Shown here: positions 28,076 through 37,082 of the stretch, one piece after another
Numbering within the stretch: the stretch's first letter is position 1
How the letters are laid out: every line of letters starts with the position of its first letter
Source of the DNA: Pseudothermotoga sp.
Lineage (GTDB): Bacteria > Thermotogota > Thermotogae > Thermotogales > DSM-5069
Direction: 5' to 3'
DNA length: 37,082 bases
NCBI GenBank assembly: GCA_046294065.1
Contig: JBKBIU010000001.1
Coordinates: 1-37,082 of the forward strand
Notes under the pieces: model-generated
What the model saw: the letters and a program-made list of their open reading frames with translations, nothing else
What the model was told of the DNA's origin: nothing
The model's database searches: none
Made by a program: the position numbers and the translations under genes

Positions 28076-29476
28076 TCACACCTCCCTAGTGAAGGTATAC
28101 TCTGTTCCATCTGGTTTGTCCTTCAGTTCAATCCCAACTTCTTTGAGCCTGAGACGAACCTTGTCAGCCAGATTGTATATTTTTTGCAGTCTCAGGTCGT
28201 TTCGCACATCGATCAATATCTGGATTAACTCTTCCGCTGAGATTTCGACGGGCTGCGAAGATAGCTCGAATAATCCGAAAACAGGACAGAACTCTCTTCG
28301 TAACAAATGATACACCTTCAGAGCCATTTTATCGTTGCCTTCATCCATTGCTTTGTTCAATTCGTTTACCAAATCAAAGATCAGTGCAATGGCTTTCGGT
28401 GTATTGAAATCATCGTCCAGTGCTTCGCGGAAGATAGATCTTTTTTCTTCGATCCATTCGTCACTCTTGACCAAAGATGGAAATGGAAATTTCGATTCAA
28501 ATCTCCTAAAGGTTTCGAATACACGTTTTGCAGCTTTCATGGTGCTCACAACTGCTTCTTGTGAAAAGTCTATCGGACTTCTGTAATGTTTTGAGAGGAA
28601 AAATAGTTTCAGTGCATCCGACCCAAAGATTTTAATAGCTTCACGCAAGAGGAAAATATTGCCGATCGATTTACTCATTTTGTCACCCGAAAATCTTATC
28701 ATCCCGTTGTGCATCCAGTACTTGACAAATGGTTCACCAGTCAAAGCCTCACTCTGTGCCTTCTCATTTTCGTGATGAGGAAATATCAAGTCTTCCCCAC
28801 CGGCATGTATGTCGAGAGTTGAACCAAGAAGTTCTGTGGACATGATAGTGCACTCTATATGCCATCCAGGTCTTCCCAACCCCCAGGGGCTTTGCCATGA
28901 AGGTTCGTTGGGTTTTGCGGATTTCCAAAGGGCAAAATCCAATGGATTACGCTTTCTTTCATTTATCTCTACCCTTGCTCCAGATATCATATCATCTAGT
29001 GATCTGTGAGATAGTTCCCCATACTTTGGAAAACTTTTAACATCAAAATAAACATCGCCATCGGCGATATAAGCATGTCCTTTCTTGATCAGTTTCTCGA
29101 TGGAAAAAATTATCTGCTGCACAAAATCTGAGGTTTTCGGCGCAAAATTTGGAGCTCTGACATTAAGTGCAGCCGCATCACGCCAATACTCAGATATGAA
29201 ACTCTCTGCAACATCCTTGAAAGTGACGTTCAGCTCGTTGGCACGAACAATGATCTTATCATCTATATCGGTGAAGTTCTGAACCATTATGACGCGATAT
29301 CCTCTGTACTCAAGGTAACGCCTTAACGAATCGAAAACTACCATGGGCCTTGCGTTACCAACGTGAATCAAGCCGTAAACAGTGGGACCGCAGACATACA
29401 TTCTAACGATATTTGAATCCTTCGGTATGAATTTCTCCAGCCTGCCTGAAAGTGTGTTCCATATGTACATAATCAT
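28076..29476 (-). CDS. cysS: Cysteine--tRNA ligase
   Basis: [36 protein letters not shown]. Confidence 0.98.
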   Translation of the reverse strand: MIMYIWNTLSGRLEKFIPKDSNIVRMYVCGPTVYGLIHVGNARPMVVFDSLRRYLEYRGYRVIMVQNFTDIDDKIIVRANELNVTFKDVAESFISEYWRDAAALNVRAPNFAPKTSDFVQQIIFSIEKLIKKGHAYIADGDVYFDVKSFPKYGELSHRSLDDMISGARVEINERKRNPLDFALWKSAKPNEPSWQSPWGLGRPGWHIECTIMSTELLGSTLDIHAGGEDLIFPHHENEKAQSEALTGEPFVKYWMHNGMIRFSGDKMSKSIGNIFLLREAIKIFGSDALKLFFLSKHYRSPIDFSQEAVVSTMKAAKRVFETFRRFESKFPFPSLVKSDEWIEEKRSIFREALDDDFNTPKAIALIFDLVNELNKAMDEGNDKMALKVYHLLRREFCPVFGLFELSSQPVEISAEELIQILIDVRNDLRLQKIYNLADKVRLRLKEVGIELKDKPDGTEYTFTREV

Positions 29477-30888
29477 TCCTCCAAACCCATTTTGATTCTC
29501 GTCGCTGTTTCGCTGGTGCCCAAAAGATACACGATGTCAACGAGCTCTGGTCCCTCATTCCTACCGGTGAGAAGATACCTCAGAGTAGTATAGAACTCCT
29601 TTGCGTTCACCTTACGACCCTTAACGACTGACCTGATCAGGTTCACAACATAGTCCTTGTCGAAATTTTGTGAACTTTCCAGTTTTTCGGAACACTCTAT
29701 GAGGGCTTCTTTTACTTCTTGGCTCGCCGAGACCTTCACTTGTGGTCTAATAAAAAAGAAATCTGCAGCTGTTTGAAAGTCCTTTAGAGTATGAATTCTG
29801 TCTTTGACTGTTTGCAAAACTTCTCTCAACCACTCAGAGCTCTTGGCTAGGAAACCACAATTTTTGAGGAAGGGAGAGATCAAATGGATGAGTTGTTCTT
29901 CGTCCATCGTTCTTATATAGTGTCCATTCATCCAGTTGAGCTTTACTGGGTCAAAGATGGCCGGGTTCTTACTGAGTCTATCAATCGAGAATTTGGATAT
30001 CATCTCGTCCATCGACATGATTTCTTTAGCATCTGGTGATGACCAACCAAGGAGTGCAAGATAATTTACTACGGCCTCTGGGAGGTAGCCTTGTGATCTA
30101 AATTCTTCAATAGAGGTGGCTCCATGTCTTTTACTCAGTTTTTTCCCGTCGGGGCCGAGAATAGTCGAGACATGCCCTATCTTGGGTGGTGTTGCCCCAA
30201 AGGCTTCATACATAGCAAGTTGTTTCACCGTGTTGGGTAGATGATCATCACCACGTATAACATGGGTGATCTGCATGAGCATGTCATCTACAACACAGGC
30301 AAAATTGTATGTTGGAACACCGTTGCTTCTCAAGATAGCGAAATCGCCAACCGATCCCTCCGAGAATACGACGGTTCCTTTAACCAGATCTTCGTGAACA
30401 ATGGTCTTTCTCGGCATAGAAAAGTAGATAGCCGGTTTTAGACCTTTTTGTTCATATTCTCTCTTGCGTTCACTCGTTGCAAATGATTCAAAATATTCCC
30501 TTGTGTAGTGTGGCGCTTCATCTTGTGACAAGAGTTGTTCTCGAATCTTTTCTATTTCCTCTGGATAAGCGTATACCTCGTAAGCCTTCCCAAGAGAGAC
30601 CAGTTTTTGGGCATACTCTCTGTATATGTGCAATCTCTCACTTTGTCTGTATGGACCGAAAGGACCACCAATGTCTGGTCCTTCATCCCAATTCAACCCA
30701 AGCCAACGTAGAGTTTCCATTAAGTTTTGCTCAAACACTTTTTCAGAACGTGCTATGTCGGTGTCTTCTATCCTAAGGACAAATTTTCCACCGTGATGCC
30801 GTGCAAACAAGTAATTGAACAGAGCTGTTCTTGCACCTCCAACATGCAGATAACCTGTAGGACTAGGAGCAAACCTTACCCTAACCAA
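29473..30888 (-). CDS. gltX: Glutamate--tRNA ligase
   Basis: [36 protein letters not shown]; TTG start behind GAGGTG. Confidence 0.96.
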   Translation of the reverse strand: MVRVRFAPSPTGYLHVGGARTALFNYLFARHHGGKFVLRIEDTDIARSEKVFEQNLMETLRWLGLNWDEGPDIGGPFGPYRQSERLHIYREYAQKLVSLGKAYEVYAYPEEIEKIREQLLSQDEAPHYTREYFESFATSERKREYEQKGLKPAIYFSMPRKTIVHEDLVKGTVVFSEGSVGDFAILRSNGVPTYNFACVVDDMLMQITHVIRGDDHLPNTVKQLAMYEAFGATPPKIGHVSTILGPDGKKLSKRHGATSIEEFRSQGYLPEAVVNYLALLGWSSPDAKEIMSMDEMISKFSIDRLSKNPAIFDPVKLNWMNGHYIRTMDEEQLIHLISPFLKNCGFLAKSSEWLREVLQTVKDRIHTLKDFQTAADFFFIRPQVKVSASQEVKEALIECSEKLESSQNFDKDYVVNLIRSVVKGRKVNAKEFYTTLRYLLTGRNEGPELVDIVYLLGTSETATRIKMGLEE

Positions 30889-30900
30889 CTGTCACACCTC

Positions 30901-31530
30901 CTATTTCTCCACCTTACCCTTCAGAAAATACCACAAATACAAATCAAATTTTCCTAATGATTCACCAAATTGATTGGCAATTTCTCGCAACCGTTCTTCA
31001 TAAGATAAATAAAGTGACCTTGTCAGTGATTTTGGTATCTGCTCTATGATTTTGTACTTTTTCATGATTGAAAGAACATGCCTGTCCAAAATAGCAAGCT
31101 CCTCTATGCCCACGTTCCTCAAAAAGTGGCTCGCTTCTTTGTAACCAATTCCCAGTGCGTTCTTAACCAACCATTCTCTGGCAGCGAAAGGATCAAATTT
31201 GATAACGCTTCTCAGTGTGCCAACTAAACTTCGATTCCTCACAATGTATGATGCTCTCGCTTTTGGATACCTATGTCCCACAGCTGCAAGGGATCTTTCA
31301 AGATCGTCTTGAGATAAATTTAAGAACCCTTCGGGTTTTATCAACTGCTGTGCCCTGATTCCTCCTTGTGCACTCCAGTTGGCAGTCAAAACACAAAAGC
31401 ACAGTTCACTAAACAAATCTTCTTCAGAACCACTTTCACCCAACCGTTTGAATTCGTTGAATCTTTCTTCAACAAGTTCTCGTGCTCTTTCTCTTATTGG
31501 CATCAAGTCCTGTAAAATCGAAAATTTCAT
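30901..31530 (-). CDS. ogg: 8-oxoguanine DNA glycosylase/AP lyase (Ogg2, archaeal/thermophile type)
   Basis: ELCFCVLTAN, GIGYKEASHFLRNVG (HhH), AILDRH, DLYLW, terminal Lys. Confidence 0.92.
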   Translation of the reverse strand: MKFSILQDLMPIRERARELVEERFNEFKRLGESGSEEDLFSELCFCVLTANWSAQGGIRAQQLIKPEGFLNLSQDDLERSLAAVGHRYPKARASYIVRNRSLVGTLRSVIKFDPFAAREWLVKNALGIGYKEASHFLRNVGIEELAILDRHVLSIMKKYKIIEQIPKSLTRSLYLSYEERLREIANQFGESLGKFDLYLWYFLKGKVEK

Positions 31531-31541
31531 CTCCTCCCAGA

Positions 31542-31581
31542 TTGATTATAAATCAAATTGTCATAAGAATAGTGGTATAAT
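31542..31581. promoter_or_regulatory. Divergent ogg/fur promoter region with inverted repeat
   Basis: TTGATT-ATA-AATCAA (31542-31556) overlaps a minus-strand TATAAT (31545-31550); plus-strand extended -10 TGgTATAAT at 31573-31581. Confidence 0.6.
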
Positions 31582-31608
31582 AACCTGGGATGAATTGGAG
31601 GTAGATCC

Positions 31609-32019
31609 ATGTCAATCAATCAGATAGTTGAGCTTTTGAAAAATCATGGTTTGAAGATAACACCCCAAAGGGTCGAAATACTTAGGTTCTTGCAGAACAA
31701 CAGAATTCATCCTACAGCTCAACAGATATACGAGCATGTTCTATCAAAGGTTGGGAGCGTTTCCTTCACAACGGTATACAATACTTTACACACGTTAGAA
31801 GAAATGGGACAGATAAAAAAGATTTCTATCAACGACACTACAACCATATACGATATAGACACATCAGATCATGGTCACTTTGTCTGTACAATCTGTGGAA
31901 ACGTGTATGATATCACTTACAAGGTAGTGGTCAATGTACCTGGAAAGACTCAGAGAACTGAACTGATCGTCTATGGAATCTGTTCACAGTGCAATGATTA
32001 CCTTCAGCACAAAAGTTAA
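31609..32019 (+). CDS. Fur-family transcriptional regulator (PerR-like)
   Basis: [28 protein letters not shown] and CSQC Zn motifs. Confidence 0.9.
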   Translation: MSINQIVELLKNHGLKITPQRVEILRFLQNNRIHPTAQQIYEHVLSKVGSVSFTTVYNTLHTLEEMGQIKKISINDTTTIYDIDTSDHGHFVCTICGNVYDITYKVVVNVPGKTQRTELIVYGICSQCNDYLQHKS

Positions 32020-34046
32020 AGTTTTCTTTGAACTTGAACTGTTTGGTAGAATTCCAGTTCATCGCCCTCTTGGATATCCAAATTTGTCTTAAGCTTGATA
32101 CCACATTCCTGAGGTGCATCAACTCTATCAGCATCTTGCTTGTAGTGTTTTAGACTTTCTATCTCATCACTTGATAAAAAGTTTCCATTCCTATAAATTT
32201 TGACAATACAGTTTTTGTCTACAAATCCATCAAGGAGTTGGACTCCAGCAATTTTACCAACTTTCTTGATCTCAAAAACCTTCTTGATTTCACCGCGCCC
32301 GACGAGCTCTTCAACGATTTGTGGTTTTAACATACCTTCAAGGGCGAGTTTTAGATTATCTAACAAATCATAGATGATCTCGTAAGTTTTTATCTGCACA
32401 TCTTCATTTTCTGCTGTTTTCCTCGCTTGTGTGTCTATCTTCACTCTGAAGCCAACTATTATTCCGTTACTTGCTGAAGCCAACATGACATCACTGTTGT
32501 TGATTGTACCAATTCCTGAATGTATTACATTCACCTTGATTTCATCACTTTTTATGGAAGCAATTGCATTTTGCACAGCGCTCAACGAGCCAAAGGTATC
32601 GGCCTTGAGGACAATATTGAGTTCCTTCTTATCTGATTCCTCCATCATCTTCAGCAATTCCTCTAATTTCACTTTCCTTTTAGCTATCCTATCCCGATCT
32701 AATCGTTCTTTCAACTGCTGGGTAACAATGCGGGCAGTTTCAAGATTCTGGACTGCGTATACCATGTACCGTATATCTGGAACTTCTTCAAATCCAACGA
32801 TCATAACTGGTTGAGACGGCTCAGCATTCTTAATCGACCTACCTTTGTCATCGATGAGCGTTCTGACTTTGCAGTAAACTGGTCCTGAAACCAAGTAGTC
32901 CCCTATCTTCAATATTCCGTCTTTTACTATGACGTTAGCTACAGGACCCAGTGCTCTATCGAGTTTTGATTCGATGATGACACATCTTGCTGGTCCTTTG
33001 GGATAACATTTTATTTCCTTCATCTCAGAAAGTAACAGAATCATCTCAAGTAATTCATCTATCCCAACACCAGTACGAGCTGAAATAGGTACGACTATCG
33101 TGTCACCGCCCCAATCTTCGGGAACAAGATTCAGTTTATCCACCAGCTGACGTTTTGTTAGTTCAACGTTTGCATTTGGCTTGTCAATTTTATTGATCGC
33201 CACAATGACAGGGACATTTGCTGTTTTGGCATGATTATAAGCTTCAATCGTCTGAGGCATGACACCATCATCTGCGGCAACGACAAGAACCACTATATCT
33301 GTTGCTTGAACACCTTTGGCGCGCATCTGGGTGAAAAGTTCATGCCCTGGAGTATCAATGAACGTAATCTTCTTCCCATTATGAATGATTTGATAGGCTC
33401 CTATTGATTGTGTGATTCCTCCAACCTCTTGTTCCGCAACTCTTGTTTTTCTGATTTTGTCTAAAAGTGTTGTCTTACCATGATCAACATGTCCCATAAC
33501 CGTAACAACAGGTGGGCGAATCACTAACTCATTTTTATGAACAGTGTAGAGTGTATCGAAATATCTTTCAAGTTTTTCGAGCTCATTTTCTGCCAACTCT
33601 TCTTGCTCTGTTTGAAGTGAAGGTTGCTGTAACCTCAGTCGATATCCATACATTCGTGCTATCTCTTTGGCCATCTTCTCATCCAATTGCTGCATAGGTT
33701 TGAGAGCCACACCCTTGCTGAACATATCTTGTATGATTTTATTCAAGGGGACACCTATCTTGACAGCAAAGGTATTAAGCTGCATCTCTTCTGGATTGAC
33801 GAAGACTTCCTGAGAAAGCTCTTCTTCCTCTTCTCTTTCTTTCTCTTTCTTAGGTTTCAATGACTTTGCTTTCACCGATTCTTCTTCTTCCTCTTCAAAT
33901 ATTTCAAGAATCAGGCTCACAGTTTCTTCATCTATATAGCTCATATGGTTCTTGACATCTAACCCGAGTTCTTCGAGTTCTTGAAGTAATTCCTTTGCAG
34001 ACATATTCAACTTTTTGGCAAGTTCATAGACTCTGAGTCTTGGCAT
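32016..34046 (-). CDS. infB: Translation initiation factor IF-2
   Basis: RVYELAK N-domain, [30 protein letters not shown]. Confidence 0.98.
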   Translation of the reverse strand: MPRLRVYELAKKLNMSAKELLQELEELGLDVKNHMSYIDEETVSLILEIFEEEEEESVKAKSLKPKKEKEREEEEELSQEVFVNPEEMQLNTFAVKIGVPLNKIIQDMFSKGVALKPMQQLDEKMAKEIARMYGYRLRLQQPSLQTEQEELAENELEKLERYFDTLYTVHKNELVIRPPVVTVMGHVDHGKTTLLDKIRKTRVAEQEVGGITQSIGAYQIIHNGKKITFIDTPGHELFTQMRAKGVQATDIVVLVVAADDGVMPQTIEAYNHAKTANVPVIVAINKIDKPNANVELTKRQLVDKLNLVPEDWGGDTIVVPISARTGVGIDELLEMILLLSEMKEIKCYPKGPARCVIIESKLDRALGPVANVIVKDGILKIGDYLVSGPVYCKVRTLIDDKGRSIKNAEPSQPVMIVGFEEVPDIRYMVYAVQNLETARIVTQQLKERLDRDRIAKRKVKLEELLKMMEESDKKELNIVLKADTFGSLSAVQNAIASIKSDEIKVNVIHSGIGTINNSDVMLASASNGIIVGFRVKIDTQARKTAENEDVQIKTYEIIYDLLDNLKLALEGMLKPQIVEELVGRGEIKKVFEIKKVGKIAGVQLLDGFVDKNCIVKIYRNGNFLSSDEIESLKHYKQDADRVDAPQECGIKLKTNLDIQEGDELEFYQTVQVQRKL

Positions 34047-34169
34047 ACTTTCACACTCCCTTTTAGTACCCTTTGTGTATTTTACACGATTTGTTTGCCT
34101 TTTGTCTGAACAGTTTTTAAAATCTTGTGCTATAAACTTAACCGACTACTACAAAGGAGGTATTGACAA

Positions 34170-35177
34170 ATGACATCACTCTTTCTCGATGATGTTTTTG
34201 AACAACCCAAAGCCATAAGAAACCTTCTGAGCCAGAAGGAGGATCTAGAAAAAAAAGCATCAAGACTGAAACATCAAAGGATTCTCTTTCTCGGCATGGG
34301 GGCTTCTCACTATGCATCTATGTATGCGACGATATACCTGCGCTCTTTTGGAATCGACGCTCACTGCAGAGAACTGTCTGAATTCCTTTGGTATGACAAT
34401 GAGAAATTACTACAACAGTATGACACAGTCTTTTTGATCAGTCAATCTGGTGAAACAGCTGAACTGACAAGATTTATCGATCTGTTTTCAGAAAGATTGA
34501 CAAACTGTGTACTCGTCACAAACAATCCTCAGAGTTTTAACGCCCAGATCTTTGGAGAATCAAGGGTCTTTCACATCTTCGCCGGCACAGAGAAAGCGAT
34601 GGGCTCATCCAAAACTTTTGTAAACACAATACTAACTCTCTTATTGATCGCATCCACATGGACCGAGAAAGAACTTGATCTTGAAAAATTACCCGACCAT
34701 GTTGAAAATGCACTTTCAATAAACGTCGACTCATTGAGTAAGAGTATCCTTGAAAGAGCAAACCCAATTTTCGTTGGCAGAGGCTTTGCCATACCCATAC
34801 TGAAAATGGCCCAGTTAACACTGGCAGAGATTTCCAAAATAAATTCCGTTGTTTACAGTGGAGCAGGATTCAGACATGGCCCGATGGAACTAATGGTCAC
34901 AGATCCTTTGGTATGTCTTGTTGCTCTGCAGGGAAAAACACTCAGCCTTGCTTTAGATCTCTTAGCCGATCTTTCTCCCTATCATAACGTTTGGTCGATC
35001 ACAGATCAGGAAGTCTTGAGTGAGAAATCTATCGCGCTCAGAAAAGGCCTCCCAGAGGAGATCTCTTCAATACCCGTGATAGTTATTTTTCAAAAGGTAG
35101 CAAATGATTTAGCAATCATTAAAGGATACAAACCCGGGGTAGGTATCATCGCATCGAAGGTGACCAAAAAAGAATGA
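34170..35177 (+). CDS. Double-SIS sugar-phosphate isomerase/deaminase (GlmS C-terminal-like; NagB-II/AgaS/FrlB group)
   Basis: EQP, GMGAS, ISQSGET, FRHGP, C-terminal SKVTKKE; no glutaminase domain; AAGGAGG SD and TGcTATAAA upstream. Confidence 0.85.
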   Translation: MTSLFLDDVFEQPKAIRNLLSQKEDLEKKASRLKHQRILFLGMGASHYASMYATIYLRSFGIDAHCRELSEFLWYDNEKLLQQYDTVFLISQSGETAELTRFIDLFSERLTNCVLVTNNPQSFNAQIFGESRVFHIFAGTEKAMGSSKTFVNTILTLLLIASTWTEKELDLEKLPDHVENALSINVDSLSKSILERANPIFVGRGFAIPILKMAQLTLAEISKINSVVYSGAGFRHGPMELMVTDPLVCLVALQGKTLSLALDLLADLSPYHNVWSITDQEVLSEKSIALRKGLPEEISSIPVIVIFQKVANDLAIIKGYKPGVGIIASKVTKKE

Positions 35178-35178
35178 A

Positions 35179-36525
35179 TCATCGCTTGTGCAAAATGTTT
35201 TTTATCATCTGAACAGTCTTTGCATCTATACCGGCTTTGAACCAGTAGGGTATCACTGTGTTGTTCAACAGGACAGGATCGGTCTGCTCATCTAAGAGCC
35301 CATTGGATAAGAGTACATACCAGTCCTGTGAACCAGGAATTGGTGTGTACTCGTTTATGGATACTGAGATTCCTTCATTCCTGCATATCTCTATTGCTCT
35401 GAGTACATCTTCAATTTGCTGAAAAGGCATGTTAATCATTATATAAGCCTGCACCTCTTCGTCGGTGAAGCCAGCTTTTGTTAAAATCCGTGCGGCTCTG
35501 ACGAGATCTTGATCATAAACCTTTCCACCGGTTAACTCTTGCAACTTGCCCGTTGTTTCATAACCCAACTTGATGGTTTTGAAACCTGCTTCCTTCATGA
35601 GTACAGCAAGTTCTTCATCCACAAGCCTTGCATGTATGCCGTTGGGCAGATGATAGTTCACATTGAATTTCTTACTAATCAGCAATCTCAGTAATGGTTT
35701 GAAATGATTTTCTTTATTTATGAGTATTGCATCATCGAAAAATACAACATCTCTTACTCCAAAAAGATGAAGGTATTTCTCAATGGTTTCAAGAACCATC
35801 CGGGGGTCTCTTTGTATGAATCTTTTCCACAGTTTCGGCGAGACGCAGTAAGTGCATCTGTAGGGACAGCCTAGAGATGTTAAAAAGACCAGATATCCGA
35901 CCCTCTCGTATAGTTCGTAAGCAGGTTCCAAGATTTCAAACCACTTTTCTATGTCAAAGTCGATATCTCTGTCAAACAGAGAACGTACCAAGCCACCAAT
36001 TTCAGATAATTCACCACTGAATATATAGTCTGCTCTGGTGTTCTTCTTAGCATGTTCTGGGTATAGTCTCGCATAGAGACCACCAAGGACAAGAGGAACA
36101 TCTGGCATGATCTGTTTGATGTAGGATATCGTCTGTGCCACACCTGGCCACCAATAAGTCAGCGACGATGTCACAAAGACAGCTTTTGGCTTGTCCACTT
36201 CCTTTAGTTTGGATAGAAAATACTCTACAGGTGCGCCATAACATTTATACTTGCGCGGAATATTCTTCAAAAGATCTGGCTTTTCCACCTGAAAGTTGTG
36301 GAATTTACCTGTGGCGAATTTCCTGTCTCGTTTTGGTTTTACAAAATCTGCCAGCTGTGGATCATGGCGATTCAGAAGATCAATCAACCGTACCTCAAAA
36401 CCAAGCTTCTTCAGTGCCGAACCAACGTACAATAAGCCTAGCGGTTTCAGCCAAAAATCATAAGCAGCAAAATCATAAATCCAAGGATTCACGAGTAGAA
36501 TTAGATTTTCTTTTCCAATAGGCAT
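35179..36525 (-). CDS. B12-binding-domain radical SAM protein
   Basis: N-terminal LVNP...KPLGLLY, LVLGGLYA; SLGCPYRCTYC; FFDD; LGYET. Confidence 0.85.
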   Translation of the reverse strand: MPIGKENLILLVNPWIYDFAAYDFWLKPLGLLYVGSALKKLGFEVRLIDLLNRHDPQLADFVKPKRDRKFATGKFHNFQVEKPDLLKNIPRKYKCYGAPVEYFLSKLKEVDKPKAVFVTSSLTYWWPGVAQTISYIKQIMPDVPLVLGGLYARLYPEHAKKNTRADYIFSGELSEIGGLVRSLFDRDIDFDIEKWFEILEPAYELYERVGYLVFLTSLGCPYRCTYCVSPKLWKRFIQRDPRMVLETIEKYLHLFGVRDVVFFDDAILINKENHFKPLLRLLISKKFNVNYHLPNGIHARLVDEELAVLMKEAGFKTIKLGYETTGKLQELTGGKVYDQDLVRAARILTKAGFTDEEVQAYIMINMPFQQIEDVLRAIEICRNEGISVSINEYTPIPGSQDWYVLLSNGLLDEQTDPVLLNNTVIPYWFKAGIDAKTVQMIKNILHKR

Positions 36526-37081
36526 ACATCCCCTTCAAAGTCAGATCTGGATCCTTTAAATCACAGCGTACAAGTCTTTCTAAGATGCTGCTCTGACCGC
36601 CTGTCAGAAAGACTTTTGGATTGTTTTTGAAGCAACTCTTCACTTCTTCCACAAGACCATTCAGTGCATGGGCGGTACCTCTCACTATGCCAATCCTTAT
36701 ATTTTCTGCTGTATCCTTACCGACACAGTTTTCTGGCGCATACAAGTCGATTTGAGGAAGTTTCGCCGTTTTTTCAAAAAGAGAATGAGCCGCTGTCATC
36801 AGACCAGGGAGAATAGCTCCACCTTCATAGCAACCAGACATGAGCACATCAATTGTTATAGCTGTGCCAGAATCCAGGATAATGGCATCACTGCAGACTC
36901 TTGCCGCTCCTAAGACATTTGCTATCCTATCTGCACCGATCTCTGAAGGGTTTTTTACATTCCATTTTATGTCCAATCCATCTGATGCCTCAACCCATAA
37001 GCTTTTTATACCAAGATATTTCTCGGAAAATCTTTGAAAGATATAGTTTACCGGCGGAACAACCGAAGCTATGACAACAGA
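36473..37081 (-). CDS. coaX: Type III pantothenate kinase, 5'-truncated by the window edge
   Basis: Frame open to the window end: ASVVP, IGADR, LDSGTAITID, GGAILPG, LTGG, LTLKG. Confidence 0.93.
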   Translation of the reverse strand, partial: SVVIASVVPPVNYIFQRFSEKYLGIKSLWVEASDGLDIKWNVKNPSEIGADRIANVLGAARVCSDAIILDSGTAITIDVLMSGCYEGGAILPGLMTAAHSLFEKTAKLPQIDLYAPENCVGKDTAENIRIGIVRGTAHALNGLVEEVKSCFKNNPKVFLTGGQSSILERLVRCDLKDPDLTLKGMYAYWKRKSNSTRESLDL

Positions 37082-37082
37082 A

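Noticed and set aside
33815-33900. CT-rich low-complexity repeat
   Set aside because: Encodes the Glu/Lys-rich linker of IF-2, not a DNA repeat element
34075-34087. GTGTA-TTT-TACAC inverted repeat upstream of infB
   Set aside because: Only 5-bp arms; it overlaps a likely minus-strand TAAAAT -10 and can arise by chance
1-37082. tRNA/rRNA genes, CRISPR arrays, IS elements, riboswitches
   Set aside because: None seen by eye; intergenic gaps are short and there are no transposase/integrase ORFs or spaced repeats. A covariance-model scan of 18622-18918 would be the decisive check for small RNAs

Overview
Gene-dense core chromosomal region with almost no intergenic space. Protein sequences and gene order resemble Thermotogae (Thermotoga/Pseudothermotoga-like); this is inferred from recalled homologues, not from a search. 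Five transcriptional blocks are visible. (1) + strand 1-14368: mnmA(3' end), rhomboid, gatA, gatB, exported beta-rich protein, hemW, flavin reductase, DHH nanoRNase, a giant pseudokinase/STAND-ATPase/TPR/GGEEF diguanylate cyclase, rnr and an alpha/beta hydrolase. (2) - strand 14369-18621: dCMP deaminase, 2-oxoacid:ferredoxin oxidoreductase beta and gamma, dgkA, cheB, LysM/M23 peptidase. (3) + strand 18919-26765: XRE-cupin regulator, speD, speE, prmA, DUF501, ECF sigma / anti-sigma / exported partner, radical SAM-HhH protein, hisS. (4) - strand ogg-gltX-cysS-glyA, divergent from a Fur/PerR regulator. (5) infB, an SIS-domain sugar enzyme, a B12-type radical SAM protein and coaX(3' end). I saw no rRNA, tRNA, CRISPR array or mobile element. 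Most notable: the NLR-like diguanylate cyclase coupled to a dinucleotide-degrading nanoRNase and RNase R; an apparent CTG start codon for hisS; a near-consensus sigmaE promoter (GAACTT-N16-GTCAAA) directly before the ECF sigma gene; a CX5CX2C radical SAM-HhH enzyme; and a palindromic operator candidate between ogg and the Fur/PerR gene.
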